Source of the DNA: Asterionella formosa
Taxonomy: Eukaryota
Direction of reading: 5' to 3'
NCBI GenBank assembly: GCA_002256025.1
Contig: NKIB01015365.1
Coordinates: forward strand, 1 to 36,318
DNA: 36,318 nt
Under the pieces are notes generated by a model. The model was not told the origin of the DNA. It saw nothing but the letters and a program-made list of their open reading frames with translations, and did not search any database. Positions 1 through 10,575 of this stretch are shown piece after piece (within the stretch, counting starts at the first letter, position 1; the number at the start of each line of letters is the position of its first letter). Both the position numbers and the translations under genes were made by a program.

Positions 1-2
1 AT

Positions 3-1187
3 ATGTTGACAGAACTCAGCCCCGAGACTTATGAAAAATATGTTGTTTATGAAGGGAACAACAAGGTCCTATATGTTAGGATGATCAAGGCATTATATGG
101 CATGTTACAGTCATCATTATTATATTATAAGAAATTTCGGAAGGATATTGAGTCAATTGGATTCAAGGTAAACCCATATGATCCATGTGTTGCAAATCGC
201 ATTGTTAATGGCAAACAGCACACAGTTACTTGGCACGTAGACGATTTGAAATCAAGTCACGTGTACAGCAAAGTGAATGATCAATTTTTGGAATGGCTCA
301 AAAAGAAATACGCTTCTGACGAAATTGGTGAAGTCAAGGTCATGCGTGGAAAGAAGCATGATTATTTGGCTATGACGCTAGATTACTCTCTTCCAGGAGT
401 GTTGAGGGTGGACATGACCAAATATGTGAAATCAATGATTGAAGGTGTTGGAAAATTCCCATGGACAGATAAATTGTTCACAGTTGATACAAAATCAAAG
501 AAGCTTGAATATGAAAAAGCAAAAATATTTCATACTTTTGTTATGAAAGGAATGTTCCTATGTAAGTGAGGAAGACAGGACATTCAACCGGGAATTGCAT
601 TTCTGGCAACCCGAACTACCCAACCGAATGAAGGCGATTGGGAAAAATTAGTCAAGATCATGAATTTCTTGAAAGCAACTCAGAACGAGGTTGCATCTAT
701 GAGTGCTGATGACACTCAGAGCATTAAATGGTACGTTGATGCGGCGTTTGCAGTGCACAAAGATTTTAAAAGTCACACAGGAGCTACAATGTCACTTGGA
801 AACGGAATTATCTGTTCTATGTCTACAAAACAGAAAGTGAACACTAGAAGTTCGACTGAAGCAGAATTGGTTGGTGTCGATGACATCATATCAAAGGTGT
901 TGTGGACGAAATTATTTATTGCAGCACAAGGACACAAGGTGACTACGAATGTCATTTACCATGACAACACTAGCGCAATGAAGCTAGAAGCAAATGGAAA
1001 AGCAAGTTCAGGAAAACGCACGCGACATTTCAACATCAAGTATTTTTATATTACTGATCTTATTGAAAGAAAGGAAGTACAAATCAAGTACTGTCCAACG
1101 GATGCAATGTTAGCAGACTACATGACGAAACCACTGGTTGGAACGAAATTTATTCATTTTCGTCAGCAAATTATGGATTCAAAGTGA
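3..1187 (+). pseudogene. copia pol (RT-RNase H) interrupted by an in-frame TGA at 567-569
   Basis: ORFs 3..569 and 660..1187 share one frame. Reading through the stop gives FLCK*GRQDIQPGIAFLATR, matching the usual xKRxRPDI copia motif, so the stop is probably CGA>TGA. Confidence 0.85.
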
Positions 1188-1209
1188 GCATCCGTGTCCA
1201 GCAGGAGTG

Positions 1210-1476
1210 TGTTGGAGAAAATATTTTAGGAAAGAAAATCCCGGTATAAATTGCCTACTACATATTGAATCGAATGAATCAAGAAAGAATATGGTACCAG
1301 AGAATTCGAAAACAATCTACACCAACAGTAAAAACCCATAATTCTATTAAAACTCTTAGGAACGATTACAATCGATCACGGAGACATCGTTGTTATATCT
1401 ACAGCCTATTTTGGTCCCTGACGTGTCCTTACAGGATACAAGAAAGCATAGAGTGCTTCGGGACGCAATTTTAACA
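1210..1476 (+). repeat. 3' LTR (~267 bp)
   Basis: Starts TGTTGG immediately after the PPT and ends TTAACA (inverted TGTT/AACA termini). The 5' LTR is not in the window, so the right boundary is inferred. Confidence 0.7.
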
Positions 1477-2085
1477 CGATGGGTGATCATTCAAGTGCGC
1501 AAATGCGCTCTGTATCATCGAATTACAGCGCCGTAGATCGCCTGTACAGGGCCGTCCAGTCACTCCTCTGTATTGTCCTCAATAGGCTCCGACAGCTTTG
1601 GTTGAGGCATCAGAGTTGATTCGAACGAAATAACGTGCATGTGTATGAGTAGCAGCCGTCACGGCAGTGTCATCGAGCCAACTGATTTCCGTGTAGCAAA
1701 AAATATTGTTGGTTTGTATGAAGGCTATGTAGGCTAGGGTTTCAGGGTTTAAAAAAAAGAGGGGACGAAATATCTTTTTCCTATGTTTATGATAGAAATA
1801 AAAAATAATAAATATTATTTATGATGTCGTTCTGTTGATTTCGACATCAAGTATGGCATACGAACGGATTCTGGATTCCGTCCTTTGGTAGACTCGTGTG
1901 TGGAATATATTGTATGTAGCCTATTCATATCTGACCTACGGAAATGTCGAAGTGTCCGGTAAAACTGAAATGCAACTCACCATAATATCCTCATTTTTAC
2001 CCCATACTACCTGGTACCAGGTTCCCTGGGGGTATATAAGCTCCTACCTACCCATTATACCTTCTTTTGTGAGTCAAATCCGACG

Positions 2086-3181
2086 ATGAAGTTTTCTGCA
2101 GAACTTGCTGCTCCGTTGGGACTGTTCTTGGTGGCTCTGCACTCGTGCACGGCTTTTGCCGTATTCCCTTTCAATCCTTTATATACCATCTACCCTTGCC
2201 CTCAAATCAGACATCATTACTTGTCAACGACTTTGTTTTACCGAGAAGATGATGAAAGGGAGGCACTGCCCGATCCAAAGGGCACCAGCCCTTGCAAACA
2301 ACAACTGCTACGTTTGTTGAACGAAGTGCCTAGTAGCGCTCCTACACCGAGAAGATTGACAATTGATATTCTAAACAAGGTTGAAGAAATGGAGTCGCTT
2401 TGTCCCACCCCGGATGACGAAGTTCTGGGACAACTAGGGGGCAATTGGGAGCTGCAATGGACTGCACAGGTAATTATTCGATGGAGGATAAAAGGGTCAT
2501 GAGCATTTCGTAAGATGGAAACATTCAATGATACTTTATTGTCGAGATGTCGTACTAACTTCGTGTTTCGGGCTTTTTAAAGGATCGAGAAAGCAGAGAA
2601 TGGAGGCGAAATCCAATGCGTGCCTACATCAAGTGAGTATACAAATTCTTTTTTCAACAATGAAATGAATTCATACTTATTGGTTTAATCTCTCACAATG
2701 TCATACGACCAACAGTCCCCTGGAAAACCAATCCTACAGCAATAACCCTGACGGCGGCGGTCGGGCAAACCCGTTTTTGCCTCGTCGCATCCAAGACCGT
2801 CTAGAAAGGCTAGGCATACTCAGAGGCGCTGCCGAGACAAGAAGTTCTCAATCTGTCGATCTTAACAAGAGACGCGTTCGTAATGTTGTCGCGTTTGAAC
2901 TGCCTACGTTGTTGCGCCAGGCGCTCAAGGTGAGCCTTACGGTGGATATCAAGTTTCAGGCGAATGAAAGTGATCAGCGCAGGGTGGATGTGAAATTTGA
3001 TCAAGTTCAATTGGTGATACCCTCCTCAAGGTTGGACATCAATTTGCCACTTGGACCTATTGGGCCTACTGGGTGGCTTCGAACCGGATACATTGATGAC
3101 AACATGCGTATCACTCGAGGACACAAGGGTTCTGTCTTTATTTTGACAAGGCGAGCCAAGAAAAAGCGAGCTGAAGTTTAA
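2086..3181 (+). CDS. Plastid-lipid-associated (PAP/fibrillin)-like protein, probably plastid-targeted; exons 2086-2469, 2583-2632, 2716-3181 (299 aa)
   Basis: GT-AG introns join the frames cleanly (WTAQ|DRES...YIN|PLENQSY). Fibrillin motifs LGGNWELQWT and GWLRTGYIDDNMRITRGHKGSVFIL. Signal peptide ending in a TAF-AVF (ASAFAP-like) site. Confidence 0.82.
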
Positions 3182-3399
3182 GTTCATGTAAGAAGACCAC
3201 AGGGACTCACCACGACTACTTTCACCTCAGAGATCAATTCGCGCCACACACAGCATTCCTACACACCAATGGTCGTAATTGTTTCAGGCACAAACAGCAA
3301 AAAGTGCGAAGTGTCGATATGTATATACATTGCTTTTGCTCGCAATGAGCTTAAAAATACCATCTAGAATAGAGCCAGCGATGTCACCATTTGCTTTTT

Positions 3400-5108
3400 T
3401 TATGGTAAAGAGCTGCTGCTTATATCATTACTTCGCAGCAATCGATTCTGAATTCTTGCGACTCCAGCCCAAGGTTCCCACAAGTAAAGTGAATGTTGGT
3501 GAGAATAGCAGTACTTCCTCCTTGTCAACCATTCAGGTAGGAGTTCGTCATCAGTACCTCCCACTTTGGCAATCAAATATGTAGCTAGGTCAATCTCGAA
3601 TTTCGCGATCTTTTCTGCAAGCTCGATATGACCGCCCACTCCAGCTAGATCTGAAGGGCAATACCCATCTGAGTCTGGACCAATCCATGCAAATTCAATC
3701 TCATTGCGTAATTCCGTCACAAGCCACTCCACTATATCACCACGGCCTCGCTGAGCCGCCTTATGAAGGGCACCGTGTCCATTGGCATTCACTATGCTCA
3801 TCTTACAACCGATTGCTTTTAGCCACTCTATTGTTTCCAACCGAACACCTTCACCTTGGGCACACCACAGAACAGCGTTACAGCCAAACGTATTCGGCAT
3901 GTGCACATTACAACCTTGGTTGTGTAAAAATTTCATAACTTTCAAATGTCCTTGCCAAGAAGCCCATCCAAAGGCCGTTGTGCCGTCTGCAGTCGATGCG
4001 TCAAGAGCAGCATTGCAATTTTGAACAAGATATTGGACAACATGTAAATGCCCATTTCTGGCTGCCCAATGTAACGCAGTACGGCCCGAAAACGATCGCT
4101 TTCCACGCTGTCCTAGATTTGGATCACATGCACAGTGCTGAATTAGATATTGTACAACATTCAAGTGCCCTGATCCAGCAGCCCAATGTAGAGCCGATGC
4201 TCCTCTTCGATCAAAAGAATGAGCAACGCCTTGAGAAGCCTGGAAAATCGCTAGCGTCAGAGTCAACGTGGTCATTCCTTTTATCCCCATTCCACACCAC
4301 CTACCTCTACTTCTTGCCTTAAGGATTCCAAGTCTCCTTGTCTTGCCCACTCATAAATTAGCTCCTCATCAGTAGTCCTCTGTGTCGGTATTGTTTGGGT
4401 TACAATGGACGAACACCTGGGTTGTTGCAAGATATATGGTATAATGGGCAACACTAGTCGTTCAAATGCTGCGGAAGCCGCTGCTACGGAATGCTCTGAC
4501 GCGTGCTCACTCTGTTTGTGCCACCATAATCCCTTCTCGCCTGTCGTAAGTGAAAGGGTAATGATACGTCCAATGAGCTAGCATTACTACAGTAGTATTA
4601 GGATGTAACAATCACCTCACCGTACCGTACCTTTGCACCACTTGATACATTGCGGGCAAGGAAGTCTACCGGAGTCTCTTAATGCGGTTGCTCTTTCTGG
4701 TGTTACGATACATATAATACCGGATGCATTCGAGCGTACATCGTGGCAAAGCCCAGCCTCTCGGCAGATGTCTTCCAGCACGGAACATACAAGAGTGGCC
4801 AAATCAAAAGGACAGGCAATTGTTCTTTCCAATCCCAAATCAGACACAACGGTGATTTCAATATCCCCCCTCTTTCGTTTCCGCTGTTGATGAAAGAACG
4901 CGAGAGCTGCTTTGACTTCGATATCGTGAGGCTTTCCTTCGTTTGCACTCAACGGATGTTGTAAGTTATTAGGAAAGGAAACGCTTGACTCTGCTAGCTT
5001 GAATAGCTCCTGTGTTGCTCCTTCGGTGCGCTGGTCTTCAGTTCCTCCGCATACTTGAAGCAGCGCGCGGTGGACAGCTTGTGCCACTTGGTCCCGGTCG
5101 ACAGCCAT
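3400..5108 (-). CDS. C2H2 zinc finger + ankyrin-repeat protein; exons 5108-4631, 4540-4305, 4239-3400 (517 aa)
   Basis: Splicing reconstitutes CPQCIKWCKG|EKGLWWHKQSEH (C2H2). About 6 ankyrin repeats (GASALHWAAGSGH, GRTALHWAARNGH, GTTAFGWASWQGH, GHGALHKAAQRG). Canonical GT-AG sites keep the frame. Confidence 0.85.
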
Positions 5109-5330
5109 GGTCAGGAGTGTAAGGCTACAAAAGGTACTGATATAGAGTTTATTCAAACTTTCTGAAGAACATTCTTCTATGTACAAAAGATGGTATATGT
5201 ATATTAGCAACAATAAAACATAACAATACCAACGTCGCTTTTGCTGAGCCCATCATGGCTGCTTGGCTTGAGATAATTTACAGGAGAACTGCTCGATGAC
5301 TCCATTGTTTACAAGCACTTCGTCCAGAAT

Positions 5331-7090
5331 ATGAACATGCCGAAATCACCTTATAAGCGCCCCCGGGAATCATTGGCATTCCACGTATCATCGTTCGATG
5401 ATGCTAATGTACAGCAAATGGTTTGCGGTGCGTATCATGTGTATGATGTAGCCTGACGGTGATGGGAGTGAGCTTGTTCGCCTCCGCCCACGAGACGCTT
5501 GCCCTGCCCTATCTCACATAATCTCAATGCATTTCCCTTCATACAGAACTCCACCACGTAGTTGCAACTCCTCAAAGACTCAAAACCATCCAATCTATTC
5601 TCGACCGGCTGGGCTATCATCCTGTCAGTAAAAGTTGTCAACATTTCAATATTGCGGAGAAGCTGGTGGAGCATGGTGCTTTGCATGCTTTGAGTCTCCA
5701 ACTTGGCTTCGTATTGAATAAGGGATTGGACAGCGAGAGTGAAGAGTTGAACAAAATTTGTGCACTAGTGCATGTACTGTGCCAGTGCTCGGAACGGGTG
5801 CGAGGAGAAGCCATGCAACAAATAGGAAGGGACATTCATGAACTCTTAGTTCGAGCTTTCGAGCATGCCAATACTGAAGGAAAAGTGAATAAGGATACAA
5901 TCCACTCGATTCTTTGCATCTGGCACATACTTGCGTCCAATGAAGAAGGAGCCATCAGTCTGTTGCAATGCCGAGGGCTTGTCGGGACAATTATCCAGGT
6001 CTTGAATACAGGACCAGATTCAGCTGAGATCGAAAACGAAGCAATTGTAATCATCAAACACTTCACATATTTTGCGCAAGGTTATCGATCGCATCTCTTC
6101 GAATATGACGAGTTGATTCCAACTTTATGCCGACTACCCTTTTCGACAATGCAAGAATCATCAGCGGAACGATTATCAGCCATTTTTAGGAACTTTGCCT
6201 GCAATTCACAACTTAGAATTGCCATGGTTCAGAAATCATGTATCATGGCTGCTGTTGTGCAACTTAGCAAAGGATCGAATAGGCGAATGACTCGGAATAT
6301 TTTATTCACTCTGGAAAGTCTTGCGATGGAACCGGACTCGGCCATTCCAATTATCATGTTTGGAGATGGCATGCTACTGAATGTCCTCATGAATTATTTG
6401 GGGGTCAACCAGGATGATACCACAAGGCGACGAGCGGCTCGATCACTCAGACTCTTGGCCAGGGATAAGGCTGCCACACTCATGTCGAGGGTAGAGCAAT
6501 TGTTAGATCAACTTGCTTTTGTAGCCTTGCATGATCCATCACAAGACATTAGAGTGGAAGCCGCCGAGGCCTTTTCCAATTGTGCAGCATTCATTCGATC
6601 GCCCATGCCAAGTCACGATGCGGTTCTTGCTTCACTTGCTCAACTATCGTCTGGCCCAGTTCCTGATGCTGTTGCCAAGGCATTGAAAGAGCAAGCCTTA
6701 GTACCAGACAATAGACCAAAAATGGCAGAGAGTGTTGATCTATTATCCGCGCTAGCTGAATTGGCATTGCGGGATCATGCCTCGAGCATGTCGAAAGAAC
6801 ATGTAGTCATTGCTCTATTTCACCTTTCGAAGGATGAAGTGAATCGAGAGAAAATGACGACCGAACCAGTGTTGATGACGTTGGTGCATGCATGCCAGCA
6901 AGTTAGTATTCGCGGGATGGCCATTGTTGCAATTCTGAATTTAGCTTCAGTCAAAAGCAATCACAAGCGAATGGTTTCTCATACTGGTTTACTGAATGCA
7001 TTGGTTCAGTTTACAGCTTCAGATTTGTCAAGTCCGTCCCTCAGGAAAGATGTGAAGAAGCTAGTCTTGGATTTGGTTCCTCTATTGTAA
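5331..7090 (+). CDS. Armadillo/HEAT-repeat protein; exons 5331-5427, 5547-7090 (546 aa)
   Basis: Long helical ORF with ARM-like repeats (LSAIFRNFA, AARSLRLLA, AIVAILNLA). An upstream exon with a GTGCGT donor and a TACAG acceptor supplies an ATG in phase. Confidence 0.75.
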
Positions 7091-7192
7091 TTTAATATGT
7101 TATTAATAGCACTTGCTAGATCATCCGCGTTGCATTCGTAGGCGTCAATTCATAGCCTTTCACTTCACCCCTATGCCGAGCAGGATGGAAGT

Positions 7193-7690
7193 CTACAACT
7201 CACAGTCCGGAAAGAAAGCGCCCTTGAAGGCTCTTCGCTTGAAGCAAGTTGCTAAACAAGTTTCCTTAGTCTTTTCCATGTCGTCGTCGATCCCAATTGC
7301 GCCATCGTTGTCGTAGTCGCACTTTTGCATAATCTTATCTACGGATCCCAAAATCTTGAGAATGCCCTTGGAATACCAAGGCAAGGCATTAATGGCAGTT
7401 TCTAATTCGACGCGATCAAGTTTATTGTTCTTGTTGGTATCCAAGTTAGCAGCAGCACAACGAATAATATGTGGTCTAGAAGGGCATTTGGGGTCTTCCG
7501 GCACCGCAGATTGCTTGTCTACAACCGGTACATCGTCAAGAGTCTCGACGACACTCTCTTCCGCCTCGGAGTTGGCGCATTCACCCGGAGTTGCACATTC
7601 AGGCTCGTTGACTGCCACTTCCAGTGCGAAAGAACAAGCAGTCAAGAGAGCAACAAAGAAGAGGATTCGCAGGAAACGTGAAGGCTGCAT
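7193..7690 (-). CDS. Secreted EF-hand (Ca2+-binding) protein, 165 aa
   Basis: Signal peptide MQPSRFLRILFFVALLTACSFA. Two EF-hand loops, DTNKNNKLDRVE and DYDNDGAIGIDD. Several cysteines. Confidence 0.8.
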   Translation of the reverse strand: MQPSRFLRILFFVALLTACSFALEVAVNEPECATPGECANSEAEESVVETLDDVPVVDKQSAVPEDPKCPSRPHIIRCAAANLDTNKNNKLDRVELETAINALPWYSKGILKILGSVDKIMQKCDYDNDGAIGIDDDMEKTKETCLATCFKRRAFKGAFFPDCEL

Positions 7691-8959
7691 GGTGTTCAAT
7701 CTCTCAGTGTTGATGATGTTGAATTCTCGACAAGAATACCGATAATGGAAAAAGCTGAGGCAGGGAAGGAAGTCTTGTGGAACATGGTTATTTCCGCAAA
7801 CCATCCATTTGGTTATAAATACTTATATAGGTATATATTGTATATTGCTCTCCAAGAATACATATATAAAAATATTGTGGATAAAATGCAGGGGTACGAT
7901 ACTGGTACCGTAGTACGTAATGTTGAATAAGGCACGGGAGCATCAGTCAATTTTGATTGATGTCAATGATGCCACGTATGCGTTTTGTAAGGGTGTGGTA
8001 CCAGCACCGGTACCAGGTACCAGGTACCAGTACAAGTGAAATTAAGGGCTATCAAGGAATACAGTTGTTTACCTGACGAAAACCCATTGTTCTTTTGCGG
8101 TTTTTGTGCGTTCGTCTCCGGATTTTTGAGTACTTTTGCGGCCTTTAAGATCTTTTCGTTCGAACTCTCTCAGTATGATACTAAAAGGTATTTGATATCT
8201 TGCCAATGTTCATATTGCCCCATGATGTTTAATGTCTTGTCAGAACTCAAACTCGCTTCGACAATACGTATGACAGTCGCGTGTACTTTTGAAGAAGTAC
8301 CGGGAACGCGAACTTCACAGATGAACGCGCGACTAGAGAGGAAGTACGGAGTTTCCCGTACCTCCCAGACGTGAAAACGAATGACAACCACAAGAATACA
8401 AATGGTTTGGAGTTTGGAGTAACCCTTTTTGCTTGAGGTAAGTCACGACCAAGGGTGGAAAATACCTGCAAGTATTCTTGTATTCGAGGATTGGGAGGCA
8501 TGAGTAGGTTGACCAAAGCAACTCACAGCGCTGGGGGTGCCACTCATTTGATCAACCTGCAAGGGCCACCTCCCAACTCAAGTACACAAAATTACAGGTA
8601 AGCAGACTCCTTTCGAGTAGTGTCTTAACTAGCTATCAGCGTGCTTTTTGGATTACTCAATTCTTCAATTGACCTTCATTTAAAACATGTTTTGTATATT
8701 TCATATGCTCTGTGTTTTGATTGCCAAACTACCTTTAATAATTTCAATAGCCCCTAGATTTGCCTGCTGAAATGGACTACCATTTGCTTAAGGGAAATGT
8801 ATTACTGATATCTATTGCCCCCCATTTGGACTGCTGTTTACTGAAGTAAAATGGATTGCCAAAATTGGAAGACAATAGGATAAGCTATGTGAAGGCACAA
8901 CATGATAGTTTTCTGTGTTAAGTGTTGCTTAACAACAATTCCACTTCAAAACGCTCCTA

Positions 8960-9295
8960 ATCATCAAGCATCTCAAGAAGTCTTAAACAAACTCTGCACA
9001 CAACAAGATTGGCAGGGTGCTTACCTTACTGAGAGGATACCTATCAAAGTCCTGGCACACAGTGATGACAGTACAGGAAGACCCCTCTGAGCCCCAAGAA
9101 TTCACGCCATTCCAAGCTCGCTCTTTCATGGTCTACAGCGGCAAAGGGATGTCGGCCCAGTGTTCGTTTACATCATGAGCTTGCATAGCTAGTAGCCTCT
9201 TTGTGTCTCTAAGTCCCAAGTGAGATTATTTGTTTAGATATCATAACGTACTCTAAAATTTTATTTACCTCTCTACAGCGGCAATCAATCAAATC
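8960..9295 (+). mobile_element. Possible decayed 3' end of a non-LTR retrotransposon
   Basis: 8999-9055 reads HNKIGRVLTLLRGYLSKSW, resembling the QxxIGWxxLLRGxLSxxW C-terminal motif of some LINEs. The segment ends in CAATCAATCAAATC. No intact ORF. Confidence 0.3.
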
Positions 9296-10575
9296 TGGTT
9301 GCTCGCATCCCACCATATGTGGAAGGAATGGAATCTAACACAAAGAGAATAGTGCTCACATTGTACAGTCGGAATACAATGACCATACTATAGCACTTTA
9401 TGACAAGTAAAACACGGGGTGTCTGAGAGATGGTCACTTGTTTCAACAAACAGTTTGCTTCCATCCCATCCCATATCATTCCATGCCTAGTAATACATAT
9501 TGCAAAGCTTGCCATTCATTCATACAGTTGAACTCAAACATGCTGTTGAATTTTAGAGTGACAAAAACAATTTCAATGACATTGATTCTGGATCTGCCTC
9601 TCTTTCAAGTGAAAATGTATACCATGCCATCTTTCTCCTCCTGCTGGATACTACCAGGTACCAGCAGCAATTGGCACCAGCACCAAACACCAACTACCAG
9701 CTGTTTCTCCTCCACCTGTGCTACCACAAGTCAAAATCTATCCATCACCCACTTCCTGGGAACTGATTAATTTATCATTGTTGCTCGTTCAGGACCATTT
9801 TGAACCTTTCTGAATTTTCATTTCGACTACCCAAGAAAAAAGTGTAAGTTGACAATTTTTAAAGAACAATCATTGACAATTTTCCACATGAATTTTCCAC
9901 TTAACCATTTTCTTTTTCACTATTTATTCTTCTCCCTGTTCTTCATTGTCACTTCTTACCTTTCATTTTCCATTTCATACTTTGGTTGCTTAAAAAATTG
10001 AGTGTCGAATTTTTCGACATTTGTTACAATCTTTTTCGTGTGATAATTTTTTTTTGCTCTGTGCATTTTTGATGGCTGTGGCTGGTGCATATCGATTTCT
10101 AATATTTCACTTCAATGTACAGTAATCCTGACGTTGCTCGATGGTCACTGCCAAAACCTAGAATTGGACTGCCGAAAAATCTATTAACAGAGATACCAAA
10201 AATTACTTAGACACCCTCAGTTCTCATCGAAAAGCAAGACGATAGCTGGTGGGGATTGCTTTTGTGGAATGGCCCGCCAACAAAAGCATTTGTTTATGTA
10301 GTATATGAGTATATACTGTATACATTTTCATGTAAATAGCTGTTTATTCACCTGTATATAATCATGATTGATTTTATTGTTAAAGATTCGCTCGACCATC
10401 ATCCCCACCGGTCATCGACACTGCGGCTGGTTATAATTACGTATACACTGAGTTTTAAGACTATCTTGGATAGCCTGGACTCCTCCTCTGTCTGATGCTG
10501 CCTAAATGTATGGAAAATTCAGCAATCTACAAAAGGCTTCATCATATCTGTTAAACACTCGGTGCGACTACCGGT

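Larger units (their letters stand above)
1..1476 (+). mobile_element. 3' part of a Ty1/copia LTR retrotransposon (CoDi-like), 5' portion outside the window
   Basis: RT motifs (KALYG, NPYDPCV, VTWHVDDL) and copia RNase H motifs (YVDA, SSTEAEL, DNTSA, KRTRHFNIKY, ADYMTKPL). These are followed by a purine-rich tract CAGCAGGAGTG (1199-1209) and an LTR with TGTT...AACA ends. Confidence 0.93.

Noticed and set aside
567..569. Programmed TGA readthrough or an alternative genetic code
   Set aside because: Host genes here use TGA as a normal stop, and the position corresponds to a conserved Arg, so CGA>TGA decay is the simpler explanation.
1731..1750. Telomere-like AGGCTAGGGTTTCAGGGTTT
   Set aside because: Only two or three degenerate units, which is not enough for an interstitial telomeric array.
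1822..1881. Small hairpins (TGATGTCG/CGACATCA; ACGGA/TCCGT) as a Helitron 3' end
   Set aside because: The stems are short and there is no clear CTRR terminus at the expected distance.
7997..8033. Palindromic repeats as a possible CRISPR or REP array
   Set aside because: Units are 6-7 bp tandem with no unique spacers, there are no cas genes, and the context is eukaryotic.
8036..8620. Several overlapping short ORFs in a moderately GC-rich island
   Set aside because: No recognizable motif, stops in all frames and no convincing splice model. It may be a relic, but I cannot support a call.
9171..9186. 16-bp exact match CATCATGAGCTTGCAT to 16966-16981
   Set aside because: The flanks do not align, and one such match in 36 kb of AT-rich DNA is plausible by chance.
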